64,000 nucleotides of DNA from Camelus ferus (lineage: Eukaryota): assembly GCF_009834535.1 (NCBI RefSeq), contig NC_045696.1, positions 23,004,001-23,068,000 of the forward strand, given 5' to 3'. The position numbers and the translations under genes are program-made. Positions 39,382 through 52,569 of the stretch are shown here, one piece after another (position 1 is the stretch's first letter; each line of letters starts with the position of its first letter). The notes under the pieces were generated by a model that worked only from the letters and a program-made list of their open reading frames with translations, was not told the DNA's origin and ran no database searches.

Positions 39382-39548
39382 AAACAAATTTCTTCTGTAT
39401 AGCCCAGGGAACTATATTCAGTATCTTGTAGTAACATATAATGAAAAAGAATAAGAAAACAAATCTATGTATGTATATGTATTACTTAAACATTATGCTG
39501 CACACCAGAAATTGACACATTGCAACTGACTATACTTCAATTTTAAAA
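39382..39548 (+). mobile_element. Short young L1 3' tail with 17-bp TSD
   Basis: TGTATAGCCCAGGGAACTATATTCAGTATCTTGTAGTAAC...CTGACTATACTTCAAT. TSD AAAAGGCTTATCTG(A/G)TA at 39363-39379 and 39549-39565. Confidence 0.92.
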
Positions 39549-39729
39549 AAAAGGCTTATCTGGTAGGTCTCCATATTTGTTGCTAATGACTTGTGGCTCC
39601 TGCCTAAATTATTACACAAAATTTCCAAAGGACATGGGAGAACAAGGGTTACAGTGCTCTTTAATTTCCCTATTTCTTAGTGATCTATGATTCACTCATG
39701 GATTGAGCAAGTATGCATGGCATCCATGA

Positions 39730-40070
39730 AAAGGTAGTAAACTGCCCACCTAAGGCATGTCATGACCCCTTTATATGGTTTTCTTGTTTTTTTCCCCCCA
39801 ATATTTAAAATTTGAGTGCACATTCAAAAACTGTGAGACTTCACACAAAAATTCCAATATTCAATTCCACCTTCAGAAGTTATGGTCACTGGAACATACG
39901 ATCAGCTAGAAAATTGACTGAAGTGAGTAGAAGCAGCCCTTGTATGTTGTGCATATGATCATCTATCTGTTCCTCAGTCCACACCACTCCTTATTGTATA
40001 ATACTGGTCTGTTACACCCACTTTTGTTGAATACATGGATTCTTAAAACACTTGCATTTGCAACCTTGGC
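39730..40070 (-). mobile_element. MER102-like hAT element
   Basis: GAGACTTCACACAAAAATTCC...GAGTAGAAGCAGCCC...CAGTCCACACCACTCCTTATTGT...TTTGCAACC matches the MER102 reverse complement as I recall it. Confidence 0.6.
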
Positions 40071-41589
40071 CAAATAGATAACAATGACTGGGAGAAGTTT
40101 GAGAAAAAAAAAACGCATCAGTTTGCATCTGAAATACTAAATTTCAAGCTCTAGTCAAGCAAAGGTCAGCAACAAGCTCAGAAATCTATTTAGAGAAGTC
40201 TGACCAAGATCCTTTCCTCCTTCCTGATTTGCCCAGTAAAATGTATGTGCAATCAGTTGGAGCTAGTGACTTCTGCAAGTAAGATGAAAAGAAAAACCAT
40301 TATGCACCAGGCATTACATTCAGTTTCAAAAGAGACTTTTACACCCACTAATTTTTCACTTTTCTGTAAAAAAAGAAAAAGAAATCGGTGCATCTGTTCA
40401 GATATTTTAAACTTATACTACCATTGAGTTCAGACTAATGTGGAATCAGAGATTCTTTCAGTCATGATTCAAGTTATTAATAAGTCTACTTTTGCTGGTT
40501 GAGATAATGTCAAAGATTCATCTAAATGGCATGAGCAGCAACTTGTATTATGTAAAAGTGCTAAAAACAATATTCCCTTTCTTCTAACTGAATTCACATG
40601 AAGAATTGCTTCTTTTATGTATTACTTCTATTTTGTCAATAATCATCCATACTTTTAATTCACAGAGCCAACTTTGTTACTGTGTTAACAGCAACAACAG
40701 TGTCTTATGTGTGCATAATGCCTTAAGACTGACAGTGTTTTTAGATCCATATGAGGTAATATATAAATATCTTCAGTACCATACAAATATGTTTTTTTAT
40801 AAATTTATAAATATTTTACTGAAATACTTAACTTGTAGGTATGATTTTAAGCATGGATGCCACTAAGAATCATTAGAATTCAATTTTAAATAATTTTTAT
40901 TTTATATCAAAAACATATGTTTATATCATTTGTATCTCACTCATCCGAAAAAAATGATTATTACTGTATTTACTCCAGAGAAAACAGACAGGCAAATAGT
41001 GGCATCTTATAAAATTTTCATAGGATCAAACATTTCCACTTGATTTCTCCCTATGTTCACACTTTAATTCACTTTAACTGAATGACCATTTATTCAGCAC
41101 CTACTAGGTTCAAAGATAAGTAATGCACAGTCATTATCCGCTAAGATTCAACAGCCTAGGTGAAGAAAAAAGACAAATGCAAGATAAATTTTTATATGCA
41201 GCAAATGTGATGAGATCTATTTTTTCCCAATGTCATGAAGATGTAACACAATTGGTGAGAATGAGGATGAAGGGGAATGTCTGTTTGAATGCTTATGGAG
41301 GAAGGTGCCACTTGGTATGAGCCTTGAAAAAAATGGAATTTTAGTTTTACATTCCCACAACCCAGTTATATGAACATCTATGTTACTAGCTTTTCTTTCC
41401 CCTGACCATTTATGTACACTTACCTAAGAATTTTTTTTAATGCCTCGTTACTATAACACTTTTCCTTTGCTCCTTAATTTCCTAATTCAACGTACAAACA
41501 AGAATTATTCTTTTGTATGCTTGCCAGAAATGTAATTAAGGAAGACTTGCTTTCATTCTATTTTAAAGTTCTATTAAAAAAAAAATTCC

Positions 41590-41910
41590 AAGAGCTATTA
41601 ACTAAATCATGGTACACCAAAAAAAGTTGTTCAATATACAGCTATTAAAAAGGGTGAAATAGATAACATATATTGACTTAGAAGGATGTTCATAATTAAA
41701 ATGTTAAAAAAACACAGAATCATGCATATGGTATGAAAGCACTAGGTGCGCAGATTGATACTGATGTTTATGTATAGAAAGAAAAGAATCTGGAAGAATA
41801 AACACCAAAACTTCAGCAGTAGCTAACTTTGAGGGAAATACCACATCCTACTTAGTATACTTCTCAATTTTTTAATTTTAAATAATTCAAACCATAAAAG
41901 TATTTATATT
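41590..41910 (+). mobile_element. L1ME-like 3' UTR fragment
   Basis: TAAATCATGGTACA...CAGCTATTAAAAAG...TATTGACTTAGAAGGATGTTCAT...TCTGGAAGAATAAACACCAAAA. Confidence 0.55.
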
Positions 41911-42589
41911 AAAAGAAATAAAGTATATACCATCTATTTTCCCCATTCAAAGAATTAGAAAATCATTCTAAGTCAGTAATTTAATTCAACAATTCTTCCA
42001 TAATTATTCAAGAACAAAAAATTTAACCTCAAAACACATTTTAGAAAATGGTAAAAATCATAATTTATATGAAAATATAAATTCAAATTCTTAAATAAAA
42101 TTCCAGTAAAGAAAGATAATTTAAAAAATCATTTACAGTAAGGCATAGAATCTAATTTTATTAATATAAAGTCCAATATAGTTTTTTGTCAATAACCAGA
42201 AAGGCTCACTATTTTCTGTCAATATACCAAAAACATCGGCGACAATTACCTAAAGATAAAAGACAACAACTGTAACAAACTCCTGACTCTGCTTTATCAT
42301 TTTTTGATACTTTAGAAACTGGAAATAAAAATTTTTCTTTCAAAGTATAGTAGACCACCTATAAAGATTTAGCAGAAGCATAAAACCTCCTCTGTTCATC
42401 AGAAAGTGATACAATGACTCATCACAAAGGCAAGCAGAGGTTAGAACCAGAATGCAGCAGCCAGAAAAATAAAGGATTCCTATCCCTTCTACAACTGCAG
42501 TACATCTCCGCTGGCCTCCCCCAGGGCTACACAAGGTATTCTGTCCCGTTCATGAGGCCCACCTGTGCACTTATCCAGATCACCGAAAA

Positions 42590-42680
42590 TAAGTACAGAT
42601 GAGGAAACAGCATCCTAGAGGCACTGTGATTTGCCAACAACAAATCTCATGAGCAGTGAGCAAACCGTCGTGCACACACA
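42590..42680 (-). mobile_element. MIR core fragment
   Basis: TACAGATGAGGAAACAG...AGAGGCACTGTGATTTGCC is the MIR core in reverse orientation. Confidence 0.55.
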
Positions 42681-44589
42681 GCAACCATAAGAGGCCATCG
42701 GCAGAGGTAAAATAAATGCAGCCGCCCGTGCCTTTTTTTCCGACTCCTGGCCCCCTGTTGACTTTTACGTTACCGTTGTTTGTGTTTGTCTTATGTCCTT
42801 AATCAGTGGTGTTCTGTCTCTTTTAGGCATTGAGCAGCTTTCCTGAATTAGAAAAGAGGTGCTGGAACGTGGGAGTGGGAGGTTGACCTACATCTGAACA
42901 ATCTGCATATGATTCACCACAATTAAACAATTTGGTTTGAAATAGCTGCAATTAAGCTATTATCAGAGAAGTATTTACTAGACTAGAAATTCTAAATTTA
43001 TCTTCACATACATCCCAGCCAAGAAAAGGGCCACATTTTCTGGCACTTTTATTAAGTAAAGCTAATACTGAAGTAAATTCTTCCAAACTAACATTTATTT
43101 TACTAAATCACTGATAGCTAATTATCCGTATGGCTACTTTGGTTGGTTCTTTAAAAATTACAGTTTTAAAATAGAAAGAAAAATATGTAATTATGGTAGG
43201 CCAGAGAATCTCGATTTCTAACAATATATTGCATATATTAATATACATAAGTGTATATATTATAAACTTATCTTCCTAATATATGGAAATTGTATATACT
43301 AATGTCAGACTACCCTAAAATTATGAAGAATGTAATACAAAAACGTAAAAGGATGAATAAATTCAGTCCACAGTAAAACATAAACTATAAAAGTTATAAT
43401 AAACTCTAGTAGTTCATAATCATATGGAAGAAAAATTCAAAACACATCTAACCATGTGTTAGATGATTTCAAGTTTAGCAAGTAAGTAGACATAACCTAT
43501 TTTTCAGTTTTTTAGAATAAGCAACATCAGTTCTGTCTCTATCTAAAGAGGAGTAAATTACTGAAACAGCTAAAACAAATACAACATGTAACCAAAAAAG
43601 TGTTCTTTTTTTCCTACCTTTATAAGTGCTTGAAAGGTTCTCTGATTAATCTTCCAGGATACCCTAGAAAACAAGTGGAAAATAGATGACATAGAGAATA
43701 ATAAAATAGCAGGATTGTTTTAACATTATTATCGACAACGAGTGTCAGTGTCAGTGGTCTGTCTGCCGGGGGTTGGGGGGGGAGTCTATTTACTGTGTGA
43801 GGCATTGGTTGCTCCACCCACAAATGAATCTGGCAACCCTGAAGGACACACAAGCACTGGAATAGGAATATATATGAAATGGGCATTTTTGCTGTCTATA
43901 GCACATGGATATACTGAGTAAGACTCTTAATATTCACAGCTATTAGCCAATTTCATAATTTTACTATTGACAGTTGGTAAAGGTGGAAAGGAAAAAGTAA
44001 AATTATGCCATATTGCTAAAATGAGGCAAAACACCAACTTAAAAACAACAAAAATTACAAAGACTTCCAGATTTAACAACATTTTTTATATCATTAAAAA
44101 TATAGGTAGTAAAATTGTCCATTTTGTGGCTATGATCACAGGATTTCAGCTTGGAGTGAAATCAAGTCCTACATTCCAGTTTTAAGAGAGCTATTACCTG
44201 ACAAAGGGAATTCCTGTAAGGAAATCTAGTGCTCTTCATTAGCAAAGAATTACTTTTAGAACTAGAAGGTAATTTAATAATCAACTGGTCCAACATCCTT
44301 ACTGTACAAAGCAAAGCAAAGTCACATAGCTAGCTCATGACAGAACCAAGAGTAGAATTTCCATCTCCCAGTCTCATACTTATCCCACAGTATTGTTAAT
44401 TATTTGTAACTTCCAAATTGGAAAAGGAGTAGAGAGAGTGGAATTGTGTACTCTGCTCTTGATAAGTTCTATCTTCTTGATGAAGCTTCATACTCCTCCC
44501 TGAATAATGACCTGTGTCACTAACACTTATCGTATCTACCTCATTCAAAACTCTTTTCCTTGGTGGAGGGAGACATATACAACACATAG

Positions 44590-44996
44590 CAATGTAAATT
44601 CTATTTATCTGTTGTACATGACATCCTCAGTACTTCTTTACCTTGTGACTGGAAGTTTGTACCTTTTGACGGCCTTCTTCTAATTCCCCTTCCTCCACCC
44701 TAACCTTTGGTAACCACAGATCTGATCTCTTTTTCTATGTGTTTGTTTGTCTGTTTTTGAGGTATAATTGACCTATAATACTATGCTAGTTCCCGGTACG
44801 CAACATAGTGATTCAATATTTCTATATATTTCAAAGTGATCACCATGGTAAGTCTAGTTACCATCTGTCACTATACAAAGATATCACATAGTTATTGACT
44901 ATATTCTTCACACTGTACATTTCATACCCGTGATTCATTTATTTTGTAACTGGGGGTTTGTGCCTCTTAATCTCCCTCATCTATTTCTCTCCTTCC
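44590..44996 (-). mobile_element. L1 3' UTR fragment (same type as 18409-19207, opposite orientation)
   Basis: GGAAGTTTGTACCTTTTGA...GGTAACCACAGATCTGATCTCTTTTTCTATG...TATTGACTATATTCTT is the reverse complement of sequence seen at 18550-18900. Confidence 0.88.
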
Positions 44997-45186
44997 ATAG
45001 ACTTTAAATCATCTTTAGGTCATTTATAATAACTAATATAATGTAAATGCTACATAAAGAGATGTCTGTGCAGCAAATTCAAGTTTTAGTTTGTGGAACT
45101 TCCTAGAATTTTTTTTCAAATATTTTCCAAACCCTGGTTGGTTGAATCCATGGATGTAGACTCTGTGGATGTGGAGGGTCAACTGT
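44997..45186 (+). mobile_element. MER2/Tigger2-family 3' half
   Basis: ACTTTAAATCATCTTTAG...AATGTAAATGCTA...GGTTGGTTGAATCCATGGATGTAGACTCTGTGGATGTGGAGGGTCAACTG, including the terminal inverted repeat. Confidence 0.85.
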
Positions 45187-45485
45187 GCCAAAGAGTTAAA
45201 TGACAGGATTCCAGTCTTAAGCTGCTTTCAAATCAGTGAGACAAAACAGGAAAAGCAAATAAAAGGAAACAGCACAGGGGCTACAAAGTGGACAAAACCA
45301 TCACGAATGGATGTTTACTAGTTGGATATGAGAGAAGTCACACAGTAGTATTTTCACACAAAGTCTGCTTTCTGGGCAATATTCAAAGAAAATCTAACAT
45401 TGCTCTTTAACAAATGCTTTCCCTTTCTGCATTGATCTGTACTATTATAAGCAGTAATGAAATTATCTGTTTCTGGCTACACTTC

Positions 45486-45488
<3 letters not shown>

Positions 45489-45535
<47 letters not shown>
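45489..45535. repeat. (CA)n microsatellite
   Basis: Perfect run of ~23 AC units. Confidence 0.97.
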
Positions 45536-45537
<2 letters not shown>

Positions 45538-47475
45538 AAATTATGATTCTTAATTAATAGAATGTAATTTTTGTAAGAACAATGGCTTATTAAGCCATTT
45601 CCTATAAATACTTTCAAAAGACACACAGTAACCTCTGGCCCAGTTTGTTTTGCTGTTAACAGTAACTTCTATGTTTTCATAAAGTGCAATAACAGAATCA
45701 ACTTTACATAAGCATAGAATCCTCCCCTGGACTATCAAAGTCTAGAATTTTCAGAGTGGGAGCTGAGCAAGGAGCCGTGCAATAGCTGTGGGGATGTTTT
45801 CTTGTGCCGTGATCTCAGGAACAGCTTGTGTGGGCCACGCTGGAAGCTCACAGTGTCAGCTTAAGATGCCTATCCTCTTGTTGGACAAACTCAATGATTA
45901 ATTCATGTTTCCTTTGCAGAATGTCAAAGGATGAGTGTCATAAGTTTAAAAATTACATCAGATATACAAAAAGATAGTAGATTAAAAAGTGTTTCCATAT
46001 TGTGAAATTAAATAATTTGAGAGTTTGGAGTGTATCTAGCCAAAGTAACTAGAGTACCTAAGAAGATAAAGCACTATTTAGTAGTAAGATGTATTTGATG
46101 GCTTTTATTGCTCCAATTTTTCAATTCTGCTTATAACATGAAGAAAGAATGCTGACTGAGAAAATTTTGTCTGTCTGTGCCGAAGTTTAAGCAACTTAAT
46201 CTAACCGTATTTGAGAGAGAGAAAAGACAGAATGAATTACAAGGAAATATGTTCTTTGAAATTTCAGTGAAGTAAAAAGTATTTCTATATTTTTCTGCAA
46301 GAAGTCATATGATTATATAGTTCAGCACTCTTATAGATATATAAATATAAATATGCATTATTGTGGGCAAACACAATTCTGTTATATATAAGCAAATATA
46401 GTTAAATACTGATATATACATACTTCTAATCCATTATGTATTTTTTATTCTCAAATATCCTTGACTAGAGACTAGAGTATTGGCTTTTTAAATATCTCCA
46501 ATATCAGGGTTATGGTAAATAAACATGTCTACAAGTTTCAAAGTGACATACATGGTACAGATGACTGCCAATTTAAGGCAAGATTACCAGACTGTGAAAG
46601 GCAAGATTTTAAAGACAGTTGGAGAAGGACAACAAGTGAATGTCAAGTTACTATTTTTAATATAAAATTAATTAGAAACTCTCTTGCTCTTTGCTCTCCT
46701 CTTCCACTGAGGAGACAACTGCTCATTAAGATGCAAACAAAAACACCAAAGAGATACCCTGTTCTAGAAGAATGCAATTTGAACAATCAAGAGAATTTTA
46801 AATAATGTATAAATGTATCTAAGTTTTCATCCATAAAGGCTTTAGTTCTTTCATTAGAATGAGAAGTCACAAATGTACATTCTACAAAGAGAGAAAGTCG
46901 TTCAATGCTCTTGAAGAATAAGAGCAAAACCAGAACTTAGCATGTCTACAAAACTACATCATAACAACCAACTTTATAATGTCTACACTTCACGCCTCTA
47001 ACCAAAATGTGCATGCTTTTTATAATAAACATATAAAGAATTACAGTTCACATGCTTATTAAAATCCAATTTGAAAGTATATTAGTACCTATAGGCCAAC
47101 TGGGTTTGATTGTCTAGATAAGTTTTCATACTTTCTGGGTATATAAGTGAATTAAGACGTATACTATCATATTTATGAGTAAAGCCTGATTTTATTATCA
47201 CAGCATATACTTTCCTTTGATTTCCACTAAGCAGAGTATTGCCATTTTAGGAATAATGGACATTAAAACTTTCCCATTTTTAGCTTTAAGTTTCGTTTCC
47301 AGTTTTTTTCAGAGATTCATATTAAAAAATATCTACCTGTAGTATATTTTTACTCGAAAACCCACATCCTTCTATTTGATCAACACAGAATATAAACACA
47401 ATTAAAAAATAAAGCTCCCTTTTACAATACTAAGTTTTCTGACATTACTAACAAGGCATAAAATTTTGTGCAAAA

Positions 47476-48156
47476 TTAAAAAAATCTAGTGTTTCCGCCT
47501 AGCCTTTTACACACCTTGTTCTCGCTTCTACACCTCACAATTTGAATAACCAATTCTACACCTTGAATCCAAGTCCAGGGGAGAGTAAGGGTTACTGTTG
47601 GTCTCTTAGTTTTGGTCTCTTCAACATCAGGAAGTTGTGGTTTAGTTAATGGCACACAGATTCTTCTCACAAGAGTAGAAGACCCAAAGCTTTTACAGTA
47701 TTATAACCACATTTACTTCCTATAACTCTTAAGATGGTCTAAATCATCATAAGCCTCCTCCTGACCTTTCAAAAACTGCAGCTTCCTTGCATGGTGAGAA
47801 CATAGTTTGAGAGTAGTCCTAACAGTAACTTCATGTCCAAGGAATCTGATGAGGACTTCTTCCTCACAAAGGCGCTATTGGAGAGGCTGATATGACTGGT
47901 TTTCTGCCAATAGACCCGCTGTAGAGATTGGTCTCCAGTGATCATTTTTCCCCCAAATGGCAGTTGGAACATGCCCATTAGGATGGCTCTGGAAGTATTC
48001 TTCAGTAACTTGCAGAGGCCCAGCCGAGGTCTTGTCAGATGATCTGAGAAAAGCAGTGAAGGCACCCCAGTGACAGGCTGTCAGATTGTCATGTCTGATA
48101 TCTTTCTGCAGTAAAAATCTCCATGCGTTTAAAATACGCTGTATTTTAAAAATCAC
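47476..48156 (-). pseudogene. Putative fossil non-LTR retrotransposon reverse-transcriptase segment (or other decayed coding sequence)
   Basis: One frame of 227 codons with only three internal stops. Motifs WRPIS, RL, QEEAYDDLDH, FG..LVRRI and QG appear in the order expected for LINE RT. Confidence 0.4.
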
Positions 48157-48779
48157 ACAGACCTAGATGTGTAATTTTTAGCTATGTTTATTATATACAA
48201 TACAAGTAAGTTTAACATCATTTATTAAAAAGACACACACTCTCTTTAAATGAACTTTCTTTTGCAATAAATGAAATGCGCAGCATTTTATTCCTAAAAT
48301 ATTCCAACTTTTATTTTGGAAAATTTAATAAATTAATAATTTTAATTTAGAGAAGGTTACATCCAAAATAAGAAGTTCTTGTCCATACAGAGGTTATATA
48401 CTATCAAAAATAATAAACTAATTTATAAATAAATATGTAACATGACAAATGATGGTGAGTGCTATAAAGATAAATAAGGCAGGGGAATAGGGAAGCGAGG
48501 AGCTGGTGTTCAGATTTTAGAGAAGGTGGGAAGATTAGGTAGATGAGGGAGGCAAAAAACAAAAGGAGGAGGTCACAGTGATTCTTGAAGACTATCAGGT
48601 ATCACCCTTGGCTCTGCTACTGTGGTATTACGGGCATTTGAACCTGAGATTTTCCTTCATGTCACCATTTGATTTTTCTGTAAAATAATGACTTACACTT
48701 CTCAAATTTTAACACATAATTGACTGCAAAAATATTATTGGTAAATATCTGAAAAGAACACAGTGATTAAAGTGAATGC

Positions 48780-48975
48780 ATCAGAAAGGAACTTAATGAG
48801 CTCCATTTAACTTCAGATATCAACCTAGGTCATTTACCCTTATTAGTTAAAACTCATAATTATTATTTCCATTTATGGATAAAGAAATGGATACTTAAGA
48901 GGATTAAATGACTCCCTAACATCAGAAAGACTGTAAGTGGCAAAGGTAGGGTTTTGATCTGGGTTCCTGACTGAG
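48780..48975 (-). mobile_element. MIR SINE fragment
   Basis: ATTATTTCCATTTATGGATAAAGAAATGGA...AGAGGATTAAATGACT...GTAAGTGGCAAAG...CTGGGTTCCTGACT. Confidence 0.65.
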
Positions 48976-49579
48976 ATTATTTAATAGTCTACCAAGCTCC
49001 AGAAAGAAACTGCTCTTGTTTTACGATGAATATAAGGTAGCTTATTCTATATGGTGTCAATTTGTGTTACTTAAATAAAATCTAATTTGCTGTGAAATTT
49101 ATGCCTAGGTCCATAAATCACTTGAGACAACGGAGAAACGCGGTAGCCCTGTTCTCTACACAATTAAAGACCAAGTTTCACTAACACCAATTTTCCCTCT
49201 GTGGCAAACAATGAAGCTCATTTGTCTTGAGAAGTATATTAATAAACTTTTGTGGAAAAATGATACAACATCTGAGAAATGATATCAATCTGTGGGAAAT
49301 ACCAAAGCCAGAGGCAAGTACTCAAAAGAAGATCTTAAACCAATCTTTTGAATTGTTTGGCATCCTTTCATATACACATATATTCTCATCAAGAGTCAGT
49401 CTTGATTATCTCCTCAGGCCTTTGACAGTGGTGAGTCACTTATACTATGTTTCTTGGACAGAAGACAAGAATACCTCTAAAACACTAAAAGTTCACTTAT
49501 CATTGATACTTGAATTTTAAATCCCCTTTTGGCAAAATCTGTTAAGTTCCAATCCTCAAATGACACTCCAAAGGGGTGA

Positions 49580-49614
49580 TTTTGTTTTGTTTTGTTTTGT
49601 TTTGTTTTGTTTTG
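49580..49614. repeat. (TTTTG)n pentanucleotide repeat
   Basis: Seven perfect units. Confidence 0.95.
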
Positions 49615-49989
49615 CTTAAACAATGAACAAGACCCTTATGTGGTTCTTCTGTCCTTTACTCAGGATTTCTTGACCCTGAAATATTAGAAGTCTCAAATTT
49701 GGAAAAGGATCATATTTTTGCATGGATACAATAGAAAACTGGTAAAATGGTATACAGAAGCTACTTGATTACACTAAAATAAACTTTTCTCCCCAATAAA
49801 AGAACTAGGAAGTTACCAACATTCTCAAAGCTATTAAAATCAAAGTGATTGACTAACATTCGTATAACATGTGGTTTGCTGAAGGTGTAGAATAAATAAC
49901 TTACATGGAGATCCCAAAATATCTAGTGAGTTCATCTGCAGATGACAGCAAAAATTTCACCCACCTCTAGACTTCAAGTTCTTTAATTG

Positions 49990-51150
49990 TAAAAATCTAT
50001 CACCACTATGTCTCTGTATCTAGCACAGAACCCGGCAAATAATAGATGCTTGCTTAAAATGTCTTGACTAAATGGAAATTTCTAAATCATTCAATATACA
50101 GATCCAATCCTATCACTCCTACCCATGCTTAAAATCCTTCAATGTTTTCCCATTGCTCTTGGAATAAAGACTGAAATTCTCAACAGAGTCTGCCAGGACC
50201 TGCTGGTTGAGCACCCACTCACTTCTCCAGGCTTGTTTCACATGAAACTCCTACCTTACTGTTGCTGCTAACTTAGATTTTTCCTGGACCTTGGAGACAC
50301 CATCCTCCCTCCCACAGAGTAAAACATATACATTATATAATGATTTTTAAAATACTTCCAAATACAAATGTACAGAAGTATCAAGATTATAAAATAGGCT
50401 CTAAATATCTAACCCAGATTAAATCAGCAATACTATTCGGCTAAAGTCATCTTTTTCTCTGGCTCTTAAAAAAAAAAAAAAAAAATAGGGCAGAGCTCAC
50501 TATCTCACTTCATTCAAGGGTCTGCTGAGAAAGGTCTTCGCTTACCACTGCCCGGAGATGACATCCCTCCCTCACCTTTCCATCTTCTTCTTTTGTTTTA
50601 TTTTTCATTGCATTTTTTAACTACCCAACATATTATATATTTATTTGCTAAAATGTTTGTTATCCCCCTTTTTATTCCTTGTTATTTCCCTTTTTAGAAT
50701 GTAAGCTAAACAAATATGTTGCTGTAGCTGAAGGTCCATCCAACACATTTCATTTCCCCTTCACCCCACTTCAGATATCAATAAGGCTCCAAAGTTCTAT
50801 GTGTGGCATTTCCTTTTTCTAAGAACATGTGTCTTGATGACAAAGATACTACATAGTCCTCTTCCCCCCTATTTTTTTTGCCCGGTTAATATCTATCCAT
50901 CCTCCAAATTTCAACTGATGTGTTGCTTCCTCAGACAGGCTTCCGCACTACCCTGTTTATTTCTTTGTACTCCTTCTTCTCTGCAATTGTGACAGTTATC
51001 ATTTCACTGTTGTTTGTGTGAATACTGAATAGTCTGCCTCTCTCTGCCACTAGACTGGAAGCTCTATGAGGTGGGGTCGATTCTGTGTTTGCTTATCATC
51101 CCTGACACGTTGCAAGTGCTCAGGAAATGTGGGGGAATGAATGGATTGAG
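49990..51150 (+). mobile_element. Cluster of L2 fragments
   Basis: ATCACTCCTACCCATGCTTAAAATCCTTCAATGTTTTCCCATTGCTCTTGGAATAAA; TTAGAATGTAAGCT; CCACTAGACTGGAAGCTCTATGAGG...GTGCTCAGGAAATG...GAATGAATGGA. Confidence 0.65.
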
Positions 51151-52569
51151 CTGTAGCATCATTCAGACGAAATGATTCCTGTCTGAACTCCTGCACATGA
51201 AAACCCGGACTCACTAAGGCCAGGAATCAGTCATTTCCTTGGCCAGATTTCCCTTCTCCATTTTCCTACAAATGAAGTTGGTTTGCCTGGCTGACATGAA
51301 CCGAGGATAAAAAGGGAACAATTTCTATTTGTCATACAGATATTTTTTCCCGCAATTTTTATTATACTTCTGGAGAGCCTCCCATTCATCTCTGTGAATT
51401 GGCCAGTGCACATACTGTTTCATATTTTAAGACAAACAATTTTATTTCAAAACATTCCAGATCTAGGAGTCACCAAATTATATTCAGACACCAAAGAGAA
51501 AACTACTTCGCGCTATTTACTGATGTTTCAGTGAATCAAGTGGAAAGATTTCATATTGCTGCCTCAGGACTCTCAAAAACCTTCCATGTGAAATATGAGA
51601 CCCAGTTCCCTGAAGTTCCTGCTCAAAGCTCATGTATTATTGGATCAAATTACACAGCATTTGTATTTTGAAACTGAACCCTTTTTCCTCTGCCTCTATC
51701 TTCTCACATTTTCTCCAAACAATGTGTACATACACACCTACACAAACACACACACACACACCCCTGGATCAATAATTCAGACTCAGACACTTTCTAATTT
51801 TTCATCAACAATATGGAAATACTTAATCCTATGCCTATATTAGCATACAATCATTTGTTTAATTTTACAAAAAACACACAAGTAAAAGCTCAAAAAAACT
51901 TAAAATTTTTTGACTGAGGACTCTAAACATATATTGCTACATAAAAGTAGATTTCAACAGAAAATTTCTTCAGGCCACATAGAACCCTTATACCTACTTT
52001 CACTGAAGGCACAATTATGTCTTCAGTTTATGACTAAGAAGACCAGAAAAGTAATATAAATTATGTTATAAAAACGATCTTAAAAGTTTTATTAGATGTT
52101 CTGCAATCATATAAAGGGAAAACATGTTTTTGAGATGAATAAATAGTGCTTACATTGCACAGATCATCAATTCAATACGTATTCTTTTAAATATGGGCAA
52201 AGATAAATCAATATAAAGTATATATAACTTTGATATATAATGTATACTAACAATTCATGACAAAACCCCAGAATTTAGATATTTAGAAGCAATTTCCCAA
52301 AGTGTTTCTCTGAAGTCATTAACTCAGTCATTATTTAAACATACATTTTTATGGAAAATGTATTTAGTGTTTCTGGTATTTATCCAGATGTTTGAAACTC
52401 TAATTCCTATAGCAACCTGACAACATGGATTAATTATGTGAACTAGGGTGGACTGTATTGGGCTGGAGGGTCCATGGCAGAAGTTTGTGACTTTTGCTTT
52501 AAAGAAAGATGAAAACCTCTCCTACATATACCATTTTTCCCCCTTTGTGGCAATACTTTTGAAATTAAT

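Noticed and set aside
42563..42613. Minus-strand signal-peptide-like reading MLFPHLYLFSVIWISAQ followed by GT
   Set aside because: It overlaps the MIR core (TTTCCTCATCTGTA) and has a weak donor, so it is probably coincidental.
48128..48150. Perfect 10-bp hairpin TTTAAAATAC-GCT-GTATTTTAAA
   Set aside because: It is short and AT-rich, so plausible by chance in 64 kb.
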